Of a stretch of DNA of 64,000 nt, positions 50,750 through 64,000 are shown one piece after another. Source of the stretch: Octopus vulgaris (lineage: Eukaryota). Within the stretch, counting starts at the first letter, position 1. Each line of letters starts with the position of its first letter. The stretch lies in NCBI GenBank assembly GCA_951406725.2, contig OX597827.1, positions 59,024,001-59,088,000 of the forward strand, read 5' to 3'. The notes under the pieces are model-generated. The model searched no databases and was not told where the DNA came from. It saw only the letters and a list, made by a program, of their open reading frames with translations. Position numbers and translations under genes: made by a program.

Positions 50750-52030
50750 GATAATTCCATTATGACTTGAAAGGGAAGTACGTAGAAAAGAATGATGGAC
50801 TGGATAATTACAATCTGAAATCGCACAGAAACCCATTCCATAATCCTGCATTATGAAACTTTGAAAAGGATCTAATCAACATATTAAAGAAACAGAAATT
50901 CGTAAAAACCACAAACCCTATTTAAAATTAATTATCGGACATTACTTCTAAAATTAAAAAATGGGGTCTACAGACTCAGCTCAAATTACAGACTTGATTG
51001 ACTTATTTTTGCTTTCAAAAATAAAGGAAAAGTTCCCTAACATTGAAGGAGGATTATACAGGGACGATGCATTACTTGTATTAACTGGCTTCTCTTTACA
51101 AACTGTGGATAGGACAAGGAAAGCTTTGATAAAAATTTTTTAGTTAAGTTTGATATAACTTTCGAAAATATTACAAAGGTAATCAATTTTTGGAATGTTA
51201 CTATAAATCTCCAGAGTGATTTGTTCTCCCCTCACAATAAACTGAATAAAACAATACAGTATATTAATACAATGTCAAATCACTCTGAAGTGTCATAAAT
51301 GGGGTAATTAAAGGAGTATCTATAAGAATATCGAATCTTTCAGCTAATGAAAGAATTTTCAATAACCACGCATCATTATATAACACAGCACTTAAAAATA
51401 GTTGTTCCCATGAGAACATTTATTATATAAGAAGTACAGTATTTAAAAGTAAACTAGGTAAACTCTTTCCAGGCTTAAGTAAATTAAATATTGACATTCA
51501 GTCAGTAAGTGAGCCTGTTGAACAATGGATTCCCCATACACATAGGAGATATTATCAACCTTTTAGTCATAATTTAACAATAAATTCAGTAAGAAACAGA
51601 CTGGTTAGAAATAATACCACTAGAAAGCGGGATATAATTTGGTTCACCCCCACCTTTTCCCCTTCAAGTTGAGAATCTCCCTGAATTATTCTTTAAGATC
51701 ATTGAAAAAAAAAACGTCATCGAAACAAATCTAGTATAAAATTGTCATATTCAACATCACCTAATTTGGGTTCCATCATTGCAGCTAATAATTGATCTAA
51801 ACTTAAAAAGAATACAAAAACATAATCAGGAGAGTAGGAATCGAAATTCCTTAAAAAAAAAACATGTAATTGCCGATCCCCAGAATCGTGCCCGTAAAAA
51901 GGGTTGTGTTTTGTGAAAAAATGTAGTATATAAGTGTGAAGAACATCAAAATAACCCAAGAAAATCTACATAGGGAACACAATAAACTTTAAAACTAAAA
52001 TTAGGTTGACATAAAAATTCTTTTACAAAA
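50750..52030 (+). pseudogene. Decayed Naiad-like PLE (RT and start of EN)
   Basis: MGSTDSAQITDLIDLFLL...GGLYRDDAL, QYIN..SNH, RISNLSANE.IF, RDIIWFTP, IKLSYSTSPNL, TCNCRSPESCP. Confidence 0.75.
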
Positions 52031-52224
52031 GTATGTCCCTTAGTGGCTGACAATACGTGCATCTCTGATGATGAGCAGGAGCGATGGTAGAGGAAAAATA
52101 TCATAGCCTTGTGCTGAGAGGGATTCTTTGGGGTTTGGAGATACGTAATAAAAGAAACGTTTGAAGGAAATATCAGTGATTTTCCGTATTTTCTAGCGGT
52201 AAGCAAACAGGAAATAACAGTTGC

Positions 52225-52889
52225 TGGTACTTATTGTATCGAACCCTTTTGCCGAACCACTAATTTACGTTGACATAAACACACCATCACCGCTTGTCAA
52301 ACGGTAATAGGGGACAATCTCAGACACAATGACACAACACACAAGCACACACACATCGCTCTGTCTCTCTTTCTCTCTTTCCCTCTCCCCCCTCTCTTTC
52401 TCTCTCTTTATATATATATATACGACGGGCTTCTTTCAGTTTCCGTCTACCAAATCCACTCACGAGGCTTTGGTCGGGCCGAGGCTATAGTAGAAGACAC
52501 TTGCCCAAGGTGCCACGCATTGGGACTGAACCTAGAACCAAGTGGTTGGGAAGCAAACTTCTTACTACACAGCTACGCCTCAGCCTATTAATCATATATA
52601 CATGTAGACCTCTGTGCATTCACATATACTCATATATGTGCACATATCTAAATACATACTTATCATACATGCACGCACAAGCGTAGCTGTGTGGTAAGAA
52701 GCTTGCTTCCTAGCCACAAGACACTGGGTTCAATCCCACTGCGTGGCATCTTGAGCAAGTGTCTTCTGCTATACCCTCGGACCGACTAAAGCCTTGTGAG
52801 TAGATTTGGTAGATGGAACCTGAAAGAAGCCTGTATTGTATTATGTATATATATATATATATATATGTATGTATATGTATGTATGTATG

Positions 52890-52923
<34 letters not shown>

Positions 52924-53373
52924 TGTATGTATGTATGTATGTATGTATGTATGTATGTATGTATGTATGCATGTATGTATGTATGTATATATGTATGTGT
53001 GTGTTTGTGTGTCTGTGTCTGCCCCCACCCCACCCCCAACTATCGCTTGACAACCGATGTTGGTGTGTTTACGTCCCCGTAACATAGCGGTTCGGCAAAG
53101 GGGTCCGATAGAATAAGTCCTGGGGTCGAGTTGTTCGGCTAGAAGTGGTGCTCCAGCATGGCCGCAGTCAAATGACTGAAACAAATACACGAATAAACAT
53201 ACACACTCACACACAGCAGAATAACACTTTGCAAGATTTAGACATGGATAGACATAGAAGCATCTTAGACTGCATAACAGAAAGCCACTCGACGGATCGT
53301 CATGAAATATCTCGACAACACACTCCAACCTCTGGAACACACTCTAGTTTTACTGCTGCTGCTTCTGCTGCTG

Positions 53374-53414
<41 letters not shown>

Positions 53415-53592
53415 GCTACTACTACTACTACTACTCTTTTACTCTTTTATTTGTTTCAGGACTTATTCTTTGTAAGCCTATTACTTATTCTATCGGTCCC
53501 TTTTGCCGAACCGCTAAGTTTCGGGGACGTAAACAAACCAGCATCGGTTGTCAAGCGATGTTGTGGGGACAAACACAGACACACAAGCATAT

Positions 53593-53625
<33 letters not shown>

Positions 53626-53780
53626 CATACGACAGGCTTCTTACAGTTTCTGTCTACCAAATCCACTCACAAGGCTTTGGTCGGCCCGAGGCTGTAGTAG
53701 AAGACACTTGCCCAAGGTGGCATGTAGTGGGACTGAACCCGGAACCATGTGGTTGGTAAGCAAGCTACTTACCACACAGA
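52225..53780. mobile_element. Cluster of three SINE family A copies (-, +, -)
   Basis: About 52225-52585 (-), 52675-53185 (+, TATG-expanded centre) and 53435-53780 (-). Confidence 0.85.
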
Positions 53781-53815
53781 TAATAATGATGATGATAATA
53801 ATAATAATAATGATG

Positions 53816-53885
<70 letters not shown>

Positions 53886-53926
53886 TGATAATAATAATAA
53901 TTATAATAATAATGATGATGATGATG

Positions 53927-53984
<58 letters not shown>

Positions 53985-54324
53985 TACAGCTGCTGCTGCT
54001 ACTACTATGTCTTCCTTACACTTAGACTATCAAACATGTACGCATATGCATATGATAAATCTGAAAGTCACTGTTCGTAAACCATTTCCGCTTGACCTAC
54101 TGAAATGGAAAGACATCGCCAGTAGGGATAATGGAAGATAAATATTCTCACTGCATTACCCAGCTGTATTATCTACTCATTTAAACATCGCCCTTCCAAA
54201 TCACAAAACTTGTACGTATGCATGTGTGTGTGTTATGCATATATGTATGTATGTATGTATGTATTATGTATGTATGTATGTATGTATGTATGTATGTATG
54301 TATGTATGTATGTATGTATGTATG

Positions 54325-54356
<32 letters not shown>

Positions 54357-54362
54357 TGTATG

Positions 54363-54428
<66 letters not shown>

Positions 54429-54820
54429 TGTGTGCCTGTGTGTATAATAAAATAAAGGTTCACATAGAATCGGATACTTGCAAAGATATGCACCACGTTG
54501 AGTTGGATAAACCTGTGGTTCAGGCCTATGGTTGATAAGTATCAAACAGGATATTCCGCTTGTGTACAGAGACAACTAACGCACAGAGCACTAACACTTG
54601 TGCTGAAAAATTTTCCTTTATACCGCCCACCCCCGTGCCTCTAGTGCCAATATCTGAAAACCAAATCTCTTATGACAATACTCAGTACCCACATTCTCCG
54701 ATCCTGGGCTCGGCAGCTAATCATAATAGAAATGATCCTAGTAATATAGCCCCTGCTAACAACCATACAAACACCGGTAACCCTCGCTGGCTTGAATAAT
54801 AACACCATAATAAAGTAGGA

Positions 54821-55303
54821 TTGCGTATTCGTTATAATAAATTTCATGTATTGGAAAATATTGGGTGCAATTGTTTAGGCAAAATGTCATGTCCACATTC
54901 TGGTCGATGTCTGGCAGTAAATGTAGTTTACAAATGTAATGTTGTGATGGAGACTAATACTTATATTGGCTGCTCTGTAAATCTCAATCAACGCTTTCGT
55001 AACCACAATTCTTCATTTAAATCAAGATGTAGGGCAGGTAGGACTTCTCTAGCCACGAAGATTTGGGAACTTAAGGACGACAACGTTAAATTTGATTTGA
55101 GGTGGGACATCATTAGGCTCACTAAACCGTACTCAAACAGCAAATACAGGTACAGGCTTCTCTGCATGGAGTTGTTTGAAATTTTAAAGAGATGAAGTAG
55201 TGAAGATCTAATAAATGATAAATTAGACCTTCGTATTTCCTGCACACATAAGGCAACCCGCTCCTTTAAATATCTTAAGGACATTAAACAACCTCTAAAA
55301 TAG
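54821..55303 (+). pseudogene. Naiad-like PLE GIY-YIG endonuclease region followed by about 1.2 kb of probable 3' UTR
   Basis: CNCLGKMSCPHSGRCLAVNVVYKC...YIG...RFRNHNSSF...TSLATKIWELK...WDII...LC.E..I; continues past TGA 55193 as SSEDLINDKLDLRISCTH. Confidence 0.8.
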
Positions 55304-56608
55304 TTCATCCAAAAGTCGATTGATCTGCTTATTTGTCTGAGTCCTTCTAGTCGCGTTCTTCTTTACCATTACTTCCTAACCACTCTTACTCTACTTGCAT
55401 GGTATGCTATATTGAAGGAACTAACCATTCTATTTGTGGAGAAGCCTGTATTATGCATTAGCGATAGCGATAATATTTAACCTAGAAGTCGCCGCCTACA
55501 CACACTAGCCAGTTCTTTTCCAATTCCACTAAGTAAGTAATTCTTATACCTAGATGCAGTTATTTGTGCCGCACATGTTAAATAATAGATGAAACACATT
55601 ATCCTAACGTCTTACCCGTGACTATTGTCTAGTGCTGCATTACCTGATTCACACAATGGTGATTATACTACCTAATTAAATAATATCAACGCCACCGATA
55701 TAACATTCCTAATTGTCTATCATTAGATTACTTCCTACTGCTGGTTTTCTTAGATATCCGATCTGGTATTTCCTCTAACTCAGTACTAGGTGAAGTTTAT
55801 CATATAACCCCCTCTTTCTTTGAACTCCTTATTGATAAGTAGTTCACTACTATTACTACCAGGTAAATATGTCTTCATATCACAAGTGGTCTCCACAATC
55901 CCATATAACATATTCGTATCTAAAACAACATCCTAAATCTTTCCCCTTTGCCAGATAAATCATTCGTGCACAACACTACAATTCCTTAACAGTTAGAACT
56001 TATCAAATGATTGCTTTCGTATCCTCCCCGCACATTCAACCTATATCCATAGAATACTCTTAAATTCTGTGTATCTCTGCCTTCCCCACTTTGTTCTTTA
56101 GCCTCAGCAAGCGAATACTATTCTTCGTCTCTATGCTTAATTCGCTTTATTTATGCGTTTATAGTTCTTCACTCTTTACTTTCTTGATTCTTTATCTTTA
56201 TTTTATCTTCGGCCTTCTCCAAGCTACCCACTTCTCTAAGCTTAGTATAATAATATATCACCCAAAACCCCACCTCTAGACTATCGACACCCAATCACTC
56301 TGAAATGTTCGTATTGGAGCCTCCAGCACAAATGCCAAGCAGGACAGCATGTCGTTTCAAAATTTATGGCAGAATGAATTGCGTCCTGGGGCTGTTTTTC
56401 TTACAGACGGCACCCAACTGACCCTACTATACTGTGTAGTCGGCAAAATCAAAAACAAACAATGCGCATGCGCGAAACTAAAAATTAAAATGGTGATAAT
56501 TTACGCATCACATCCTGTATATAAATATATATTTATATATGTATGTATATATATATATATATGTATGTATTTATATATATATATATGTATGTATATATAT
56601 AATGTGTG

Positions 56609-56640
<32 letters not shown>

Positions 56641-56650
56641 ATGTGTGTAT

Positions 56651-56682
<32 letters not shown>

Positions 56683-56805
56683 TAATATTAACCAATATAC
56701 ACATATATTAGAATTTTCTCTGATTTCTCAGATTTTTTGTATGCTAGACTACTGGTTTTAAATTGATATTAAAATTAATATTAATTTATCTCCCTCATTA
56801 TTTAA

Positions 56806-57763
<958 letters not shown>

Positions 57764-58528
57764 CCTATCTATCTATGCTCAACCGATCAGTTTATATGGT
57801 GAATTCTATACTCTACTATCAGAAGTGTTAGAGAGATTGAACTTGGTTCAATCGTCCATGTATGCTATGAAGTCAGGTCATTGCGTTGCTGTTATTTCAT
57901 TATAGCTTATGAATATCAGTGTTTCTTTTATCAAATTCATCTGCTACTTCCAGTCATTAATATATATACTAGAGTACTCAAGGCCCGAAATGTAAGGGAG
58001 AGGTTTAGTCGATTACAACGACCCATGTATTCAACTGGCACTTACATCATCAAGCCCGAAAGGATGGAAGTCTTCGGCAGATTTAAACTCACCACGTACC
58101 GAGCCAGAAGAAATGCCGTTTTGCATTTCGTTGGGTGCAGTAACAATTGCACCAGCTTGCTGCTTTAAATTCAAACCATCAACAATGGTTTCATGTTTTG
58201 GCACACGTAGGATCGGGTAAGTCGATTAAATCGGCCCCAGTGTTTCACTGGTACTCACTTTGTCGATCTCGAAAAGATGAAAGGCAAAGTAGACCTTGGC
58301 GGTACTTGAACTCAGAACGTAAAGATGAACGAAATGCCGCAAACTATTTTGCCAGGCGTGCTAACGATTTGGCCAACTCGTCGCTTCCTCAAGTCATCAA
58401 AATGTTTATGAAATTTTGTCGAGATGTCGAAAATTCACATTTTTTCTGAAATACAGATATTTACAAAGTGTAATACACTTTGCATAAAATTATCTGTGGA
58501 TCTCGTATTTTTATATACTTATAGGGAA

Positions 58529-58573
<45 letters not shown>

Positions 58574-58715
58574 TCTCTTTCTCTCTCTCCCTGCTTTCCA
58601 AAGAATACTCAAAGACACACACAAATAAAATTCCATCACTTGAGTTCGCGCGAGGTTTTAGAGTAAACAAACATTCATATGAAAGGGAACAACTACTGGA
58701 TTATTATTACATTTG

Positions 58716-58760
<45 letters not shown>

Positions 58761-59315
58761 GAGTGGGCGAGCAGTGCATGCCATCAAAGTGACACTGAGG
58801 TAAAATATACAAAGCCCAGTATACCCATCATGACTATCCATCTGATAAGGGTACACCAGCCACATGCATCACAACCGTATATGCGCGACATAGTGATCTG
58901 ATATCAAGATAAACAGCGCATGACCTTGCAGGTGGGGCCCAGTTATAATTTTCTTCAGGTTGAGTAGCCCATCCCAGTCAAAAGGTCCCTGAATAAGGGT
59001 TGTTTAAGGATGTTGAACAAAACGCCCATGTTTCCAGATGTGAATTATCCAAACCTCAAAGAATTCCTCTCAACACATGGCTATGATGCTCCATCACTAC
59101 TTCTGCTCGTGATCAACGATGCAAATATCGTCAGCCACTAAGGGACATGCTCAACTGGTTACGGTCAAGCAACTGACAAGCAATTCTGTGGTATTGTGCA
59201 GAATATTAGTTGTAGTCCATTTTTTATACTAAGACAATACAATGTACATGACAATACTTCCAATCAGTTAAGATCAGAATCCATTAAAGCCACTGCCTGG
59301 AACTGCATCAGGGCA

Positions 59316-59317
<2 letters not shown>
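58761..59317 (-). mobile_element. 557-bp non-coding element inserted in (ATT)n
   Basis: (ATT)n on both sides; internal atgtcccttagtggctgac...gagagg.attcttt segment recurs at 52033-52140. Confidence 0.55.
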
Positions 59318-59354
<37 letters not shown>

Positions 59355-59379
59355 CATCATTATCATCATTATCATCATT

Positions 59380-59414
<35 letters not shown>

Positions 59415-60714
59415 TATCATCCTCATCATCATCATCATCATTATCATCATCATCATCATCATCATCATCATTATTGTTATTGTTATTGTTGTTATTGTTG
59501 TTTTTATTATATGTGAAGTGGGTTCATACGTTTGTGTATATCATCATATGATGTCATGGATATGTGTGTCACACATATTTGTGATAGGGAGCTCAGCATA
59601 AGTGTACGTGGTCTTAAGGTTTTTTATGCATAAAATTCATGTAATGCATACAATGCATATAATTGATGTTCAGAGGGCAAAAACTACTCAAGCTAGAGGC
59701 TGGCAAAGTGGAAGGAAGTGGGGAGGCTCCTTGAAAATTTTGGAGTGGGAAATGTTGCCTATGCATGTAAGGGGAGACGGATACTTCTCGAATATTCAAA
59801 ATGTTCGTTTTTAATACGATATATAATCTATCTATACACTACTAAACCTGTGTGACTGCTTGCTTGAGATTTTGCTTGCGTTCGTACTTGTCTTTAATTT
59901 AATACAGCCAAACCGGCGCATAACGGGAAAGTACTCTGAAAATAAAGTAAATCCTTGAAATGTGAATGCAAACGAACTAAAACAGGGTTCACGTAAATCG
60001 GACCACGGATTCCCAGGAAATGGGGTTTTTGGGGTTTGTTTCCACAAATTTAAGCAGTGGGATCTAGAGTTATTGCCCTTTACTGTGAACACCTGGATAG
60101 TTTCGTTGGCATAGCTACAGACGTATACATCGTCGACTTCGTTGCCTTATAACTTCCAGAAAGATGGATACTTTTTAACAAGAATTTCAACAAATACCGC
60201 TTAGACGCTGTGGATTCAAGGTATATAGGGAATTATGGGAAATAATATTTCCGAAAGGTGAGGAGAGGAGTTTCGAAAAAACGGAGTTTTGGACCAGGAA
60301 AACCAAACAAGGTGGTACTATTCCGTTTTGACGGGGTTTTTCACATTTTTTATTTCACCTCAGCTTTCTAAATGATGTGTGGTATCTTTTTATGAAAAAA
60401 AAAGTTTTGAAAATTTTTGAAATCCTTCACCATCCCACTATCTGATTTTGGCCAACTTTTTGTTAACTTAAAAACCATAGGAAGAGTCTTTTCGGTAAAT
60501 AAAAAATAATAACAAATTTTTGAGGAAAAGGTGTACGAATCAAGAGAGATTTAGCTTTTTTTTTTTCTAGCAGATCTCAAATCACCCTCCGTTTTCACTC
60601 TCACATGTATTAATGTTTTCTCAATATTTTTCTCCCATTAAACATATTTTGTGGAATGATGATGCTGAAGTAACACACGCATGATCCATTGTTGGAATAT
60701 AAGCAAAAAAAATT

Positions 60715-61281
60715 TCAAACAAATTTATCTTAATATGAGTAGGACCACCTTTGGCAGTAATTACAGCTTGAATTCTACGAGTAATGGACTCGTACAAAGT
60801 TTGAATTGTTTCCAAAGAAATTTTTGTTCATTTTTCAGCTAAAGGTTTCCAGTTCTTGTAGTGATGATGGTGGAGGATATCGACTTCTTACTTGTTTTTC
60901 TAAAATGCACCATAAATGTTCAATAATATTGAGATCTGGGGACTGTGATGGCCAGATAAGATGTTCAACTTCACTAGAACGTTCCTCATGCCATTCAGTA
61001 ACAAATTTAGCTGTGTGAATGGGTGCGTTATCATCGTGAAATATTGCGTTTCCCTCCGGTAACACTTCTGCAGCCATGAGATGAATTTAATCAGATAAAA
61101 AGCTTAAATAGTCTTGACTATTAATTCTGCCATGAAGGGAAACCATTGGGCCGGTTTATTTCCAAGATATAGCCCCACCCCAACCAGATCATCACAGATC
61201 TTCCATGTTTTACAGTTGGAAGAAGGCAGTCTGGGTCAAATGCTTCTTTTGGCTATCTCCACACGTATACTCGGCCGGTTG
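60715..61281 (-). pseudogene. Tc1 transposase fragment
   Basis: IFHDDNAPIHTAK...WPSQSPDLNIIEHLW...LYESITRRIQAVITAKGGPT. Confidence 0.9.
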
Positions 61282-61914
61282 TTTTTGTTAACTTAAAAAC
61301 CATAGGAAGAGTCTTTTCGGTAAATAAAAAATAATAACAAATTTTTGAGGAAAAGGTGTACGAATCAAGAGAGATTTAGCTTTTTTTTTTCTAGCAGATC
61401 TAAAATCACCATCCTTTTTCACTCTCACATGTATTAATGTTTTCTCAATATTTTTCTCCCATTAAACATATTTTGTGGAATGATGATGCTGAAGTAACAC
61501 ACGCATGATCCATTGTTGGAATATAAGCAAAAAAAAATTGTAATTTAAATTTTTACCACCACCTCAATCAAGCGAAGCCGTGTGCGTCTAAGAAAAAACA
61601 TTTTCTAACATAAAATTATTCTATAAAAATGAATTATCGTTTCCATACCACTGTGGATAAATGCCAGCAATGACATTTTCAGGCTCTCCAATATTTTAAT
61701 TTATAAACAGAAACAACTGGAGGCAGGGAAGAGGGATGCAAAAAAAATCATAATTTTTTAGGGTTGTTTTCTATAGCATATAAATGTATTTATGGGGAGA
61801 AAAGTATTGAAGAATATCAATACATTTGGGAGAGAGAAAGAAACGAGGAGGGATGTCTTGGGATGTGTTAGAAACAACTACCAAATCTCCCTTAATTCAC
61901 TCACTTTTTCCTCT

Positions 61915-62138
61915 CTCTTTTACTCTTTTACTCTTTTACTTGTTTCAGTCATTTGACTGCGGCCATGCTGGAACACCGCCTTTAGTCGAATCAAATCGAC
62001 CCCAGGACTTATTCTTTGTAAGCCCAGTACTTATTCTATCGGTCTCTTTTGCCGAACCGCTAGGTGATGGGGACGTAAACACACCAGCATCGGTTGTCAA
62101 GCAATGCTAGAGGGACAAACACAGACACACAAACATAT

Positions 62139-62171
<33 letters not shown>

Positions 62172-62345
62172 CCCATATATACGACAGGCTTCTTTCAGTT
62201 TCCGTCTACCAAATCCACTCACAAGGCATTGGTCGGCCCGAGGCTATAGCAGAAGACACTTACCCAAGATGCCACGCAGTGGGACTGAACCCGGAACCAT
62301 GTGGTTGTAGGCAAGCTACTTACCACACAGCCACTCCTGCGCCTA
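61915..62345 (-). mobile_element. SINE family A, full length
   Basis: Reverse complement of 29085-29482. Confidence 0.9.
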
Positions 62346-63504
62346 TAAAAATAGGCGCTTATCTGAAAATAAGAATTAAATCTTTTTTTGCTGAAAAGGC
62401 TCTGCCCATGGTTTTGAAATGCAAAAAAATTGGCCAAAATCTGTCTGGAGTGGAATGATGAGGGTGGGGTGGGGTAGGTTGTTCAAAAAAATTTTTTTTA
62501 ACCTTTTTTTTTCATAAAAGGATGTTCCTTGTCCACATCATTTCGAAGGTTGTGGTTAAGAAGAAATGGGGAAAATCCCCATCAAAACGGAGTAGTTCCA
62601 CCTTATTTGGTCTTCCTGATCCGAAATTCCGTTTTTCGAAACTCGTCTCCTCAACCCTCTGAAAAGAATTCTCCCCACAGATTTCTTTACAATTGTAATC
62701 TATGCCGTTTGAAAGGTATTTGTATGAAATCTCATTAAAAAATATCCATTTTCCTGAAAGTTACGAGGGAAAAAGTCAGATCGTGTAAATTTTCCGAAAC
62801 TCCTCTCTCTACCTACTCAAAAAAATTCTTTCCCATAAATCCTTATATACTGTAAATCCACAGCATTTAAGCGGTATTTGTTGAAAACTTCGTTAAAAAG
62901 TATCCATTTTTCTGGAAGTTATAACACAATAAACCTGGTGGTGGGGTACACATCTGTAGTGTGGTAGTTTTGTTTGTATGCTTGCTTGCTTGCATGCGTG
63001 CTTGTCTGTTATTTGATACAGCCAAACAGGGACATAATGGGAAAATACTCTAAAAGTAAGTTACCCCTGAAATACAAATGGAATAAAACATGTTTCGCGT
63101 AAATTGAACCACGGATTCCGGATATACACGGTTTTTGAAGGTACCTCCATAGATAGCCAAAACGGTACATAATGGGAAAATACTCCGAAAGTATCATAAT
63201 CTTGAAATGGAAAAATTGTTTCCATTAATTTTATGTTTACGTTGTATAACAATTCCTTTTCCATTTTTTGTAGAAGTGCCATAAATAAATTCTGTTGCTG
63301 GAGTTCAAGTTTATCCCGGAAGTTCTGTTTCTATTAGTCCTACTGCATGACATCTTGGGCAAGTGTCATCTGAGATAGCCTCGGGCTGACCAAAGCCTTG
63401 TGAGTAGATTCGGAGGACAGAAACTGAAAGAAGCTCCTTGTATACATGTGTATGTATGTGTGTATATATGTATATGTGTGTCTTTGTCTCTGTATTTGAA
63501 CCTA

Positions 63505-63849
63505 CACTCGCCTCCTTATGAGAGCTCAAAATCTCTCGTGGAAGCGTCATCCAACCAAAATGCAAATATATGGGGAAACTACCACCTGTGTCATCTCTTG
63601 TGAAAGGTAGGAGAGTCCAGTTTGCAGGACATTGTTGTAGAGCTGAAAACGAGGCAATTTCTACTCTTCTCCTCAGGAAGCCATCTACTCACAATACCAG
63701 AGGGTGCACACTCTCCTACCATGATGTAATCTCCAGGGATACAGGCATCCAGCAACAGGACCTCCGTAATGCTATGATGGACCGTGAAGTCTGGCGGAGC
63801 ATGGTAAATTCCATTGTCTCGACCACGGTCGAACAATGATGATGATGAT
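63505..63849 (+). mobile_element. RTE-clade LINE 3' end with (TGA)n tail, nested in a SINE A copy (63310-64000)
   Basis: LPPVSSLVKGRRVQFAGHCCRA...DTG....DLRNAMMDREVWR; stop followed directly by (TGA)n. Confidence 0.8.
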
Positions 63850-64000
63850 TTGTCATCCTCCACTGCTTGACAACCAGTGCTGGCGTGTTTACATCCCAGT
63901 AAGCAAGCGGTTTGGCAAAAGGAACCGACAGATTAAGTACCACATTTAAAAAGTAAGTTCTGCGGTCGATACATTTCACTAAAAACTCTTCGAGGCGGTG

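Larger units (their letters stand above)
59827..63250. mobile_element. Rearranged cluster of one non-autonomous family (Helitron-like) in +, -, + orientation
   Basis: 60140-60440 is the reverse complement of about 62460-62925; 59850-60015 is repeated at 62975-63125; TC-type start at about 59827; gcgaagccgtg near 61572. Confidence 0.5.

Noticed and set aside
53145-53759. 204-aa ORF
   Set aside because: Runs through SINE A pieces and (CTA)n; chance open frame
56340-56390. SECIS element downstream of the Naiad-like endonuclease
   Set aside because: Hairpin exists but has AUGU rather than AUGA and too short an upper helix

Overview
Repeat-saturated, AT-rich eukaryotic (animal) genomic DNA. The SINE families and the extreme (TA)/(CA)/(CATA)/(AG) microsatellite load suggest an octopod cephalopod, but this is inference. 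Almost all long ORFs in the track are microsatellite artefacts. The centrepiece is a 4.3-kb near-intact Penelope-like retroelement (PLE; Neptune-type, RT plus GIY-YIG) at 31558-35872 (-). It is inserted in (TA)n, its ORF is broken only by two apparent single-base losses in C runs, and it carries a variant hammerhead motif in its 3' repeat. Around it lie many further PLE remnants (Neptune- and Naiad-like), fold-back hairpins and about seven hammerhead-like motifs, one with a fully canonical core. Other mobile DNA includes CR1-, RTE- and Tx1-type LINE 3' ends, three or four SINE families, Helitron/Helentron derivatives, and Merlin, mariner, Tc1 and hAT-type remnants and MITEs. Several autonomous/non-autonomous partner pairs can be read directly from the window (CR1-like LINE/SINE, RTE/bipartite derivative, Helitron/mini-Helitron, possibly Merlin/MITE). 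The only good host-gene signal is a probable first coding exon (signal peptide plus phase-1 donor, Inr upstream) at about 47410-47636 (+). All calls are by eye, without database searches, and boundaries are approximate unless a motif is quoted.
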